A DNA stretch of 64,000 nt from Octopus vulgaris (taxonomy: Eukaryota): assembly GCA_951406725.2 (NCBI GenBank), contig OX597833.1, positions 17,980,001 through 18,044,000 on the forward strand, read 5' to 3'. Below are positions 26,178 to 40,114 of the stretch, one piece after another (the first letter of the stretch is position 1; each line of letters starts with the position of its first letter). Under the pieces are notes generated by a model. The model worked only from the letters and a program-made list of their open reading frames with translations. It did no database searches and had not been told where the DNA came from. The position numbers and the translations under genes were made by a program.

Positions 26178-26614
26178 GAAAAGTAATAAAATGGAGATAT
26201 AGCATTTAATAAAAAGTTTATTAAGACTTAATCTACTGTGATGGTTCCAAAAATACAACACAAAAAAATCTAAGGGTATATCTTTTTCTACCCCTCCGAA
26301 GAAATTTTGCTCTCCAAAATGATTTTAATAATATTTATTAATAATATTTATTTAATTGGGCTTAAGTGAAACAGCTGTAATGGACTATGTTTGATTTTTG
26401 CTGACAATGAACCTTTATTAAAAGCTATATCTCCATTTCCTTATTTTTCATTTGAATGATTATAAACCATGGTTTATATACAAACCTTTTATTTTACGAA
26501 TATCATTATTCCCCAAAAATATTAGGTTTCGAACCAGTAATTCCTTGGATGATACCAACTCCTAACGAGGGATGATACCATCCCTTAACGAGGCATGATA
26601 TATTGCATGTATCG

Positions 26615-26645
<31 letters not shown>

Positions 26646-26765
26646 ATGTATCATGTCGTTATGTTTGAGTTTTCCCCCAGCACTGTATCATAACCGGTGT
26701 TAGTTCATTTACGTCCCGTAAATTAGCATTCGGGAAAAAGGAGAATGAAAAACAAAATACCAGGC

Positions 26766-26796
<31 letters not shown>

Positions 26797-26861
26797 CATA
26801 CATACATACATAAATACATACATACATACATACATACATGCATACATATATACATACATAC

Positions 26862-27264
26862 TATTGAGAAATCTGCAGTTAATCTATCCAAATTACAAGT
26901 TCAGGCTTATACCTGTAATTATTGGGGCTCTGGGATATGTAACACACCGCTTAAATACCAATCTTGAGAAATTAGGATTCTCAAAACCAGAAAGGAGAAA
27001 GCTACTTCGACGACTACAGATCCAATCCATCACTGGAACTGTAAAAATCTGTAAAACTTTCGAGAAGTTTATCATTTAAATATATATGAGCATGTCTAAT
27101 ATGCAACTATATGCATGAGAATACATACATACATACATACATACATACATACATACATACATACATACATACATACATACTTACATACATACATACTTAC
27201 ATACATACATACATAAATACATACATACATACATACATACATACATACTTACATACATACATAC

Positions 27265-27295
<31 letters not shown>

Positions 27296-27407
27296 CATAC
27301 ATACATACATACATACATACATACTTACATACATACATACATACTTACATACATACATATATACATACATCATACTTACATACATACATACATGCATACA
27401 TACATAC

Positions 27408-27438
<31 letters not shown>

Positions 27439-27690
27439 CATACATACATACATACATACATACTTACATACATACATACATATATACATACATACATACA
27501 TACATACATACATACTTACATACGTACATACATACATACATACATACATACATACATACATACATACAAACAAACAAAAATACCCTGTTGTTGATGTTGA
27601 AATTCCAATGAAGGAGCCTTGGATCTAGGTTAGAAACCGGTTCTTTCTCTATTGGCAAGAAATCTTGAAATAAACTGAGTAATGACTTAC
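26862..27690 (+). mobile_element. 3' end of an RLE-type (Dong/R4-like) non-LTR retrotransposon in a (CATA)n tract
   Basis: LRNLQLIYPNYKFRLIPVIIGALGYV...LQIQSITGTVKICKTF* carries the IPVIIGALG motif of the restriction-like endonuclease C-terminus; (CATA)n on both sides and within the putative 3' UTR. Confidence 0.7.
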
Positions 27691-28129
27691 ATACATACAT
27701 GCATACATACCTACACACATAATTACATCCATCAATCCATCGATCCATCCATACATACATACATATATACATACATACATACATACATACATACGCACAC
27801 ATGTAACATATGTACGTGTATACATACATGCACACACACACACATAAATTCATACATATATACATACATACATATATACATATACACATACATACGCATA
27901 GATAAATACATACATACATATACACATACATACGCATAGATAAATACATACATAGATATACACATACATACATGCATACATACATTCATTCATACATACA
28001 TACACATACATACAAACACATACGTACATACATACATACATACATACATACCCACATACATACACACACATCCACTTATATACATACACACATAAATACA
28101 TAAATATACACACACACATATATATACAT

Positions 28130-28258
28130 ATTTTTTCATTGTTCACGAGTTCTTACCAACGTCTGAATAGCTTGTTAATGTCTTAACTGTGATAATAAAG
28201 TTGATGAAAAATAAAAAAAATAAAATGAAAACGAACGAAATTATCTGACAGCCCAATA
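28130..28258. mobile_element. Mariner terminal remnant
   Basis: Ends in gaaattatctgacagcccaata, matching the terminus at 57262-57283. Confidence 0.5.
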
Positions 28259-28542
28259 CATATACACATACATGCATACATGCATACCTACATAAATACA
28301 TACATTCATATATATTTACATATTTGCATACATATATACGTACATACAGGCATACTTACATACATATATACATATACATAATTGTATGCTCACATACATT
28401 CATACATAAACGTACATACGTACATACACACACATACGTACCTATTTACGCATGCATACTCATACATATATACGTATACACGCATACATACACACATAGA
28501 AACATCCCTCACATACACATACATACAATCAAATATACGTCT

Positions 28543-28642
<100 letters not shown>

Positions 28643-29749
28643 TACATACATACATTACACAGACAGACACATATACGCCCATACATACGTACATACATTC
28701 ATACATACGCACATGCACATATTCATATATGCATACATACATACGCACGTATGCACATACATACATCCATACATCTATACATACATATATACTCACATGC
28801 TCGTATACATACACACAGACATACGTACATACACATAGACATACGTACATACACATAGACATACGTACATACTTATATACATACATCCATACATACATAC
28901 GCACATACATACGTACATACATACATACGCATATGCGTTCATACATACGCAAATACAAACATACATACGTACATACACACATACATACATACATACATTC
29001 ATTCATACACATACATGTATACACACACATTACGCGTGCGCGTTGTCGGCGTGTTTGTGTTTGTGTTCGTATGTGTGATTTTTGTCAGTAAATTTAACGA
29101 ACAAAATCTAAACCAAAAAAACAAAAACAAAAACAACCAACAACAAAGCACCAAAAACCAAAATCCAAAAAGCAAAACCAAAAAGCGAAAGTAGGCCTTG
29201 TAAATAGAAAAAGGATCTGGTTGCAAAACTCAAGCACAAAGTGACTGAGAATGTCTAAAGCAAAATAAATCAATTGCACCCACGGTAGAACTTCTTTTCT
29301 ACTTATTTGTGTGGGAACTGTGCCAAGAGGAGAGGAGTTGGCGGAGAATGTTTCACTGAGAAGATAGTGTTCTGATTTGTTTAACCTATGTTAACAAGCC
29401 AATGATTCCAGCATAACATCAACCCCCTGTCATGTCTTCGTCTCAAATGTCTCTTGAAGTGGTAGAGGCAAGGACTGAAAGAAGTATTTTGGCTGTAGAT
29501 GTTTTTGTGTTTTGATGTTTTATCCGTTGTTATTGCTTGTGGCTTTATTTTTCATCTTTTTGTTTTGGTTTTGTTTCAGATGAAATTATTTCGTATGGGA
29601 CGGCAGACCAGCAAAGGGTTTTTGTATTTTCAAAGAAAGCAAATAAAGAGACCCTTCCCCATATGCATGTGTGTGTGTATGTGTGTATGTGTGTATACGT
29701 GCTCGTGTATGTATTTACTTATGCATGTATGTCTGTCTCTCTGTATGTA

Positions 29750-29782
<33 letters not shown>

Positions 29783-29833
29783 GAATGTATGTATACACAC
29801 ACATATATATATCTTTGTATATGTATCTCGCTT

Positions 29834-29950
<117 letters not shown>

Positions 29951-29961
29951 ATATGTGTGTG

Positions 29962-30071
<110 letters not shown>

Positions 30072-30399
30072 TGACTTACAATGTGGAATCCGAAGGATGG
30101 ATCTGATGGTGGTCTACGTCAGCAATTTCTTATTTCATTGAAGACTTCGTTGACGACTTTGGTAAGTTGACTTGGCCAGAGAAGTGATGTTTCTAAAATT
30201 TCGCGTAATTACCCATTATCCAAAATTTTGGGGCGATAAAAACATACGCACCACATAACAATAATAATAATCATCACAAAGTTATATGAGATCTAAAGGG
30301 AATAAAACATAGAAGAAAGATTCGAAGAAGCTTGTATGTACGATCTCGCTTGAAGACGAAGCGTTTTCCTCTTCTCTTTGTGTATGGATTTTATTTGAG

Positions 30400-30887
30400 C
30401 CTAATTTCTGGAGAACATCACAGACTGAGCAATAATAAATCTCTGAACGAGATATAAATAGTAACTGCACGACAATGTGAGGTATACTAGCCATCTCAAT
30501 ATGGCTAACCACTAAGGGTGGGTGTAACTGTAGCTTGTAGCCCCAGGAGAACATCGTCTCCAGCTGGCTTTATTATTGCTTGCATACAGTTTTTCGAGAT
30601 CAGTGCCGAAAAGTTACTGGAAGAACGATATAAGGATTTGCATTGGAACACATTTTCATCGAAAACCGGTGATTGTCGTACGCTGATGACAGGTCAATAC
30701 CTAGAAACTGCAGTCCGTGCGTATCACTTAGGTTGACGAGGGAGGGATTACCTCCCTTTGCAAATACCATAAGAGCACAGTAGTGTGCCTAAAGCCAGCT
30801 GGAGACGATGTTCTCCTGGGGCTACAAGCTGCAGTAACACCCACCCTTAGTGGTTAGCCATATTGAGATGGCTAGTATACCTCACAT
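30400..30887. mobile_element. Fold-back element, 98-bp arms (30475-30572 / 30790-30887), hammerhead in the loop
   Basis: atgtgaggtatactagccatctc...ccagctggcttta and its reverse complement; homologous to 7060-7545. Confidence 0.85.
30669..30727 (+). ncRNA. Type I hammerhead ribozyme motif with canonical core
   Basis: GTGAT TGT CGTACG CTGATGA C AGGT CAAT ACCT A GAAA CTGCAG TC CGTGCG T ATCAC: core CUGAUGA/GAAA/GUC, stem I with internal loop, stem II AGGT/ACCT with a C-A mismatch at its base, palindromic stem III ACTGCAGT. Confidence 0.75.
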
Positions 30888-31645
30888 CAGAGACGTAGTT
30901 GAAAGAATGATTGTGAATTGCCACCGGATTGAAAATTGCTTCGGCGTTGTTACGGACGTCAAGCAAATACCAGCGTTGCTTGTCGAGCCAACCGGTAGCA
31001 CATTGAAGAAATAAAAATGCGCTATAGATCTTCGTGTATGGATCTTGAATATTATAGTTACGAAGATGCGCGGTAAAAAAAAATGGTTGGTCCTCGTAGA
31101 TGGGTGCTGGGAAGAGGTTTAGTTGATGGAGACGCATGTCGGATACTAAGAGCTGGAGCGAGTGGATTTGCTAGGTTGAACTTTTGATTAGAAGGTCAAA
31201 TAGATTTTTATCCCTTTTGAAGGTTATGAGTGAAAGGTCGGGAAAGGCAAAAGTAGTTACGGGGTCTAATTTCAGAAAGCGAAAGTTACAAAAAGAGGAT
31301 GTACAAGAGTTACTGCGTTGTAGGGTGGAAGGCAAGGATGTAAGGAATTTGAATAAGAAGAATGCGGATGAATGGCGGAAGTGCGGCAGTACGGTTGTTA
31401 TTGGACTTGTTTTGATGATGGACGTCATTTATGACTGGCTGGAGTTACCCAGGTGAGAGGGAGAATTGTTGCATTTGTTTCAACATTGAAATGAAGTCGA
31501 GGTTTTTTGTCACAGAAGCGTTTGCAGCTGGAGCAATTTGTAAGAGGGGTGGGATGTGACAGAGTTAGCGTGAGTGTGATGCAAGGAAGAAAAATCGAGT
31601 TATGAGCAAGAGTCTGTAGATGTGAAGAGATGTGTGAGTGTATGT

Positions 31646-31739
<94 letters not shown>

Positions 31740-31883
31740 GTTAACAAGGAGAATAATTAAGATAAACTGGATACAGACAATTTTGATTTCACTCGTAGTA
31801 CCTTCTTCTATAACTTCCGGCCGAACAAAGCCTTGAAAGTGGATTTGGTAAACGGAAACTAAAAGAATCTTGTCGTGTATATA

Positions 31884-31961
<78 letters not shown>

Positions 31962-32104
31962 CTGTTTGTCCACTATCACCGCTTGACAACCGGTTAAGTT
32001 TGTTTACGTCCCCGTAACTTAGTGACTCAGTAAAAGAGGACGATAGAATAACTATCAGACTTTGAAATAATTATGGAGATCAATTCGTTCGACTAAAATC
32101 CTTG

Positions 32105-32673
32105 AATGACTCACATTTTTCTTATGCTCAATGCAGTTGGCAAATGACTCACATTTTTCTTATGCTCAGTGCAATTGGTAAATGACTCACAGTTTTCTTA
32201 TGTTCAATGCAGTAGGTAAATGACTCACATTTTTCTTATGCTCAATGCAGTTGGCAAATGACTCACATTTTTCTTATGCTCAATGCAAGTTGGTAAATGA
32301 CTCACAGTTTTTCTTATGTTCAATGCAGTAGGTAAATGACTCACATTTTTCTTATGCTCAATGCAGTTGGTACATGACTCACATTTTTCTTATGCTCAAT
32401 GCAGTTGGCAAATGACTCACAATTTTCTTATACACAATGCAGTTGGCAAATGACTCACATTTTTCTTATGCTCAATGCAGTAGGCAAATGACTCACATTT
32501 TTTTAATGCTCAGTGCAGCTGGTAAATGACTCACATTTTTTTAATGCTCAGTGCAGCTGGTAAATGACTCACATTTTTTTAATGCTCAATGCAGTAGGTA
32601 AATGACTCACAGTTTTCTTATGCTCAATGCAGTTGGCAAATGACTCACATTTTTCTTATGCTTAGTGCAGTTG
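32105..32673. repeat. Minisatellite, 15 units of about 38 bp
   Basis: Consensus aaatgactcacatttttcttatgctcaatgcagttggc/t; TGACTCA at 32107, 32145, 32183 ... 32641. Confidence 0.95.
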
Positions 32674-32883
32674 CTCGTGAGATTCTTCGAATTATCAAAA
32701 TACAAAGAGATATCGACCTCAGTACTTGACTGGTACTTCATTTTCTCAACCCCGAAAGGATGATAGGCAAAGTTGACACCGGTGGCATTTGAACTTAGAA
32801 CGTAAAGACAGTTGAAATGCCACTACGCATTTAGCCCGGCGTGCTAACGCTTCTGCCAACTCGCTGCCTTAAATGATATTAAC

Positions 32884-32942
<59 letters not shown>

Positions 32943-33536
32943 CTGCGAATTGATGTAACTGTTCACGAAGTTTAGATGAGCGAAATGCAATTTGTAATCA
33001 AATACTGATTGGTTTTGTTTATTGAACTGAATAATATTTCGACAGCACAGCTGTGTTTTCAGCTTCAAAATGAAAAATACAAAATTATGCAGAAATTCGA
33101 AATTTCAACCGGCCCATCCTGCGTTCCTTCCCAAACCGAAAGACGTCATCAAGTTTCAGTTGTTTGTAACTGGTATATAAAAAAGAAAGAATAAAAGAAG
33201 AAAAACACAGAAAAGAAAGAGAACACTTAGTTTAAAAGTTTAGCATAAATCTCATGAAATTCTTCTGTCATTTTCGTTCATTCCTTCAGGGCGTGTTGCT
33301 ACTAACTGACAAATATATTCATCTTCATGTTTTTTGATGACTGAAAATTCAGTGGAGTCAGAATATATTCTGCGAATGTATATTTTCAGGTGTTCGTCAG
33401 AGTTACAGTAGTTTGATGTAAGCTGCTCAGAAAGTTCTGTTGAAGCAGTGAAATTCTGCCTGATGTCTTACCTATGCCCTTTAAAGTGTTAGCTTGGTTT
33501 TTGTTTTGTACAACGAACGTAAATCATGCACACACA

Positions 33537-33592
<56 letters not shown>

Positions 33593-34283
33593 CTTGCTGA
33601 CACATGTGTAAGTTAATATATATGAATGCATAGACTCGCATATTTAAGTGGAAATAATTTAAGAAAAGTCTTATAAAATATGCAATAATTAAAACAAAAG
33701 AAAATAAAACATGGAAGATAACAGATTAGGTTGAGTTAGGCACTCCGCAAAAGTGTTTGCTTGATCATTTCTCAAACTGTGTTTGAGTGCAGCCTAATGC
33801 ACCGATAGGAATTTTTTTAGATTTCTAACGATGAACACCACGATCTTGAGGATATTATATTCTTTTTAAAATTCGATATAATGTTTTTACTTTAATTTTA
33901 AGAGAGGTTTATCGTTTGCATGTGGTTTATATTCTGAACCTTACTGTTTATGTGCCATTGTATCTTCCTCCGAAAGTCTATGACACTACAGACGCGTACA
34001 TTTTCCTGCTAGCTGTTTATTTGATCTTCAAAGTACAGTGAATCTCACTTCTACTTCATCCTTTGCATTCTCTTCTTTATTTCCTTGAGGAAGAATTTCT
34101 TTGTCCCTTAGAAGTAATTGTCCTTCCTCACAAGTTTTCATTGCTTTGTGTTATACCTTTTAGTTTGTGCGATTTTCTCTTTTTCCCTTTTGTGTTTTCC
34201 CCTAGATATTTCTTCCTTATCACCGCACAGTGAAGGTGTGGTATTGTGTATTAATAAATAGGAGACAATGTATTTGTTCGTGT

Positions 34284-34560
34284 AGAAGCATATGGCCTAG
34301 TGGCTAGCGCAGCGGACTCGCGGTCGAGGGATTACGGGTTCGAATCTCAGACTGGGCGATGATTGTGTTTATGAGCGAAACACCTAAGCTCCACGCGGCT
34401 CCGTCAGAAGGTAATGGCGAAATTCTACTGACTGTTTAGCCACCACTTTCTCTCACTTTTTCCTCCTGCATCTTGCAGCTCACCTGCGACGGACTGGCGT
34501 CCCGTCCAGGTGGGGAACCTATGCGCCAAGGAAACTGGAAAACCGGCCTCGAGAAGGAAC
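34284..34560 (+). mobile_element. Chimeric SINE: family D head with family C-like tail
   Basis: tggcctagtggctagcgcagcggactcgcggtcg head; tail ctgcgacggactggcgtcccgtccaggtggggaac...gaaaaccggcc as in family C. Confidence 0.7.
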
Positions 34561-35302
34561 AAAGAACAATAATGTATTTGTTCATCTATTTGCAATAAAG
34601 GTCCTTCTCATATTTCCTTTGATGGCACTAGTGTTTTAGTTGATGATGCTCTGGCAACTTCATTTTGTTGTTACTGTTGCTTCTCCTTGTTTTCATTTTC
34701 ATTTTCCTTATTTTTACTTAGTTTTCCTAGTTTTGGGGGGACATTCAACTCTAAAGTATCTTTTTCTCCGACAAATATAATAACTAGGCTTTCTATTCTG
34801 TATCCTTAATCTCATACCCTTTGCTTCGGCACTTTCATATAAGGACAGTCCTGGTACTGCTCTGTGGCTCGCGTCACTAATTTAGCTTTGCAAATTCATT
34901 TAGGCTTCCCTTAGCCACCAGTCACTTCCCTTTAAACCTGTTTTGATCACTTTACCGTGCTGCAACACAAAGATCACAACTAGCCATGGGTCTTTGTCAT
35001 GTCAAATATTTCTTATTGCAACTAATGTCTCTTAGATTCTCTGTACTAGAGCACTAATGTATAGTCAATTTCTTTATTAACCATGAGGTTGAGAAAAAAA
35101 GGGGACGATACGAGGACAGACAAAACAAGCGTTGGGGTCAGGGTATCGAATGAGACGAAACGTATGAATAAACAAACAATTAAAATATATACAATTAAAT
35201 GAGAATGAATGAATTACAAAAAATGAAGCGGAGGACGCGGTCGATCCCACAAACCACATACTCACTCTGAAGACTTTGCTTTCTCTTTTTTTATATTCTC
35301 GT

Positions 35303-35600
35303 TTAAACAGTTTCTTTCACTCGCAACATACTTGCTACAGACTTCCATCTTTTACGAAACACACTTTGCGACAGGCATTTCTTCTCCAGCCTTATTTTCC
35401 GTTTCATGTGGAAAACGAAAAAGTCGATTAGCTCGAGACCGGAGATGAACATGCCTGTTGCAATTCCTTTCACTCTCGTCTTCCATACTACCTCTTTCAC
35501 AACAGCAACTACCAAGAGAAAACAGGCTCGCTCCTCCCTATTGAGGGAGGTCGGTGGAACGTTTAATCAGAGGCATATCTGACAATTCCAGTCTGTTTTG
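35303..35600 (-). mobile_element. L1/Tx1-like LINE ORF2 C-terminal remnant
   Basis: NVPPTSLNREERACFLLVVAVVKEVVWKTR...FFVFHMKRKIRLEK...FRKRW shows the K..W..R / F..RW pattern; related peptide GQAFINFFKYHLKLKVRAER at 45860-45925 (-). Confidence 0.55.
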
Positions 35601-36195
35601 ATTGCGTTTTCAGCGTTAAAGGCTCAGCAAATGGTGCCACAGCTTTTGCCTTTGCCATTGATATTATCTCTCTCAATATAATTTGGCGGGGTTTGTTGTA
35701 CTATTACAGAGAGATAATAGGATAACGCCGTAGTAGGATGGTGAGAGAGGGTGTTATGGTAGAAGAAGTAAACCTAAGTTAGTAGGAATGAACAGGTAGA
35801 AGGAAGTGATACGTGAGAAGTTAGCAATTAGCGATGGGGAAACCAACAGCTCAGAATGAAAGATGACAGGATTAAAACAATGAAGGGGAAATGGTGGAAA
35901 ATGGAGAAAAATGAGAAATTAAAAGGTTGAAAAATTGAAAAATGACAGGAAGCTGAGGTAGAGTGAAAGGTTTTAATTATATTACGTGAACAGTGAACAG
36001 TGAGGAGGCCTTTGGAAATCCTCGTCTGAAAACCCTCAGGAAATTTTTTTTTTTCTTTTTTTTCTCCGAATTTTCAAAATTTCGAGTGTTCAAAAGTTCG
36101 ATAGGTCTGACGGTTTTTGGAGAGATAGATAGATAGATAGACAGATAGACAGATAGATAGATAGACAGATAGATTGATTGATAGATAGACAGACC

Positions 36196-36239
<44 letters not shown>

Positions 36240-36286
36240 GGCAGACAGGCAGACAGGCAGACAGACAGGCAGGCAGATAGATAGAT

Positions 36287-36355
<69 letters not shown>

Positions 36356-36356
36356 T

Positions 36357-36779
36357 AGGCGGTGAGCTGGCAGAAACGTTAGCACGCCGGGCGAAATGCT
36401 GAGCGGTATTTCGTCTGCCGCTACGTTCTGAGTTCAAATTCCGCCGAGGTTGACTTTGCCTTTCATCCTTTCGGGGTCGATTAAATAAGTACCAGTTACG
36501 CACTGAGTCGATATAATCGACTTAATCCGTTTGTTTGTCCTTGTTTGTCCTATCTGTGTTTAGTCCCTTGTGGGTAGTAAAGAAATAGGTATTTCGTCTG
36601 TCTTTACGTTTTGAGTTCAAATTCCGCCGAGGTCGACTTTGCCTCTCATTCTTTCGGGTTCGATTAAATAAGTACCAGTTACGCACTGGTGTAGATATAA
36701 TCGACTTAATCCGTTTGTCTGTCCTTGTTTGTCCCCTGTGCGTGTAGCCCCTTGTGGGCAGTAAAGAAATAAGATAGAC

Positions 36780-36851
<72 letters not shown>

Positions 36852-37080
36852 TTCTTTACTACCCACAAGGGGCTAAACACAGAGGGGACAAACAAGGACA
36901 GACAAAGGGATTAAATCGATTACATCGACACCAGTGCATAACTGGTACTTAATTTATCGACCCCGAAAGGATGAAAGGCAAAGTCGACCTCGGCGGAATT
37001 TGAACTCGGAACATAGCGACAGACGAAATACGGCTACACATTTCGCCAATGTGCTAACGTTTCTGGCAGCTCGCCGCCTT
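36357..37080. mobile_element. SINE family B cluster: tandem plus-strand copies and an inverted minus-strand copy in (GATA)n
   Basis: 36357-36772 (+) and 36850-37080 (-). Confidence 0.85.
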
Positions 37081-37816
37081 TATATAGATAGATAGATAGA
37101 TAGACAGACAGATAGATACCTTATGTTATACTATTTGATATAAAGGGAAATTTAAAGTGCTTCTATTTTCCCTTAAGCTGAAGTGTATAATTTTTCTCTT
37201 TACCTTCACCTGGATTGTCTCCTGTGACAAAGAAATGCTATTGGGTTTCACAAAATTCTTCTTTGTATGTATGATGGGTCCAAGCGATTTGTCTGTTTAT
37301 TTAGCATTGGGGGCGGGTTTGTCTTCAGACAGCTGTGACGTGGGTTGGCGGAAGGAAGTATTTGGAAATGTGTGATTATCTTTAGTCGTTTATCTTTTAC
37401 TTGTTTTCACTCAATGAACTGCGGTCATGCTGGAGCACTGCCTTCGAAGATTTTAGCCGAACAAATCGACCCGAGTCGAGTACTTTGTTTTTAAAAGTCT
37501 AGTACTTTTGTCGAACCGCTGTGTACGTACGTACATACATACATACATACACACATACATACATACATACATACATACATACATACATACATACATACAT
37601 ACATACATACATACATACATACATACATACATACATACATACATACATACATAGATACATACATACATACGTACGTACGTACATACATACATACATACAT
37701 ACATACATACAAACATACATACATACATATATACATACATACATATATACATACATACATATATACATACAAACATACAAACATACATACATACATACAT
37801 ACATACATACATACAA

Positions 37817-37849
<33 letters not shown>

Positions 37850-38197
37850 CATACATACATATATACATACATACAAACATACATACATACATAGATACAT
37901 ACATACATACATACATACATAGATACATACATACATGCATATATACAAACATACATGCATACATACATACATATATACATACGGACTTACATACATACTT
38001 ACATACATACATACATATATACATACATACATATATACATACATACATACAAACATACATACATACATAGATACATTCATACATACATATATACATACAT
38101 ACATACATACATACATACATACAAACATACATACATATATACATACATACATACATACATACATACATACATACACATACATACATACATACATACA

Positions 38198-38231
<34 letters not shown>

Positions 38232-38320
38232 CATACATACAAACAGTCATTGTATTAGTGTTTGTCTTTCCGCCGCTTGACAAATTACATTGGTTTGTTT
38301 ACGTCCCCGTATGTATGCAT

Positions 38321-38388
<68 letters not shown>

Positions 38389-39249
38389 GACCTGCTTTCA
38401 TACTCTTTCTTTCTACCAAATTTATTCACAAGGCTTTAAGCGGTCAGAGGCTATAATATATTACATTTCTTTACTACCCACAAGGGGCTAAACATAGAGA
38501 GGACAAACAAGGACAGACAAACGGATTAAGTCGATTACATCGACCCCAGGACGTAACTAGTACTTAATTCATCGACCCCGAAAGGATGAAAGGCAAAGTC
38601 GACCTCGGCGGAATTTGAACTCAGAACGTGACGGCAGACGAAACACCGCTAAGCATTTCGCCCGGCGTGCTAACGTTTCTGCCAGCTCGCCGCCAGAGGC
38701 TATATTAGAAGGATACTTACCCACGGTACCGCACAGGGATCCGAACCCGAAACCACGTAGTTGCAAAGCGAACCTCTTAACCACACAGCCAAGACCGCAC
38801 CAACTTTTGCCACAGTTGTATTTATAATTGTCGTTATCTCTCAAATTACTTATTTGACAGTTTGGGACGTCTTCTATAAAATGTCCACTTCGGCCTTCAT
38901 TTTCTCCCTTCTCTTGTACATTTTATCTGTGTGCTTTGATCCCCCGTTGTTTGTTTAACCATTGTGATGTTTTTTGTCAAGTGGCATAATTGAGGAGGCC
39001 TTTCTGGATATAGAAATGTGATATACGTGTAAATGAAATTATAACTGGGGAAACAAACTACTTCTTCTGTCATCTGCTGACCCACCCGACCTCGGATACC
39101 GAGGCTAGCCTTTCCCTTTGGCAATTAATTGTAGAATGATTTTACAGGTATTCCAAGGAAAGCTTCATTTGATAATACTTGAAATAATCGTGTTTCGAAC
39201 AAAAACAAAAATCAAAGTGGTGTTTTTGCACATTCTATGGGAATCAAAT

Positions 39250-39311
<62 letters not shown>

Positions 39312-39467
39312 TAATAATAATAACAATAATAATAATAATAATAATAACAACAACAATAACAATAACAATAACAATAATAATAATAATAATAATAATAATG
39401 ATAATAACTATGATAACAATATCAATAACAATAACAATAACAATAATAATAATAATATTGTTTTGTC

Positions 39468-40030
39468 GATGCCCTGATGTAGTCCCAGGCAGTGCCTCTC
39501 GTGGCTTGTGATCTTAATTGATTGTAAGTGTTATCATGTACATTCTTTTGTCTTGATATAAAAGATGGGCTACAGCAAATATTCTGCTCAATACCACAGA
39601 TTTGCTTGTCAGTTGTTTGACCGTAACCATTTGAGCATGTCCCTTAGTGGCTGACGATATGTGCATCTCTGGTCACAAGCAGAAGTAGTTGGGGAACATC
39701 ATAGCCATGTGTTGAGGGGGATTCTTTGGGTTTGGATAATTCACCTCTGGAAGCATGGGTGTTTCGTTCAACATCCTTAAATAACCTTTATTCAGTGACC
39801 TTTTGAGTGGGATGGGCTACTCGACCAGAAAAAAATTTTAACTGGGCCCAACCTGCAAGGTCATGCACTGTTAATCTAGATTTGAGATCACCATGTCGCG
39901 CACATATGGCTGTGATGCATTTCCCTGGTGTACCCTTATCAGACGGGTAGTCATGATGGGTATACTGGGCTTCGTATATTTTAGCCCAGTGTCACTTTGA
40001 TGGCATGTACAACTTTCACTCAATCATAAC

Positions 40031-40114
<84 letters not shown>

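Noticed and set aside
27604-27645. Hammerhead-like atgaaggagcct...aggttagaaaccggttc
   Set aside because: No CUGANGA or compensated equivalent and no stem I.
30890-31600. Possible decayed LTR-retrotransposon gag on the minus strand
   Set aside because: Only a vague resemblance; no diagnostic motif or LTR found.
32105-32673. CRISPR-like periodicity of about 38 bp
   Set aside because: Whole units repeat with no unique spacers, there are no cas genes, and the context is eukaryotic.
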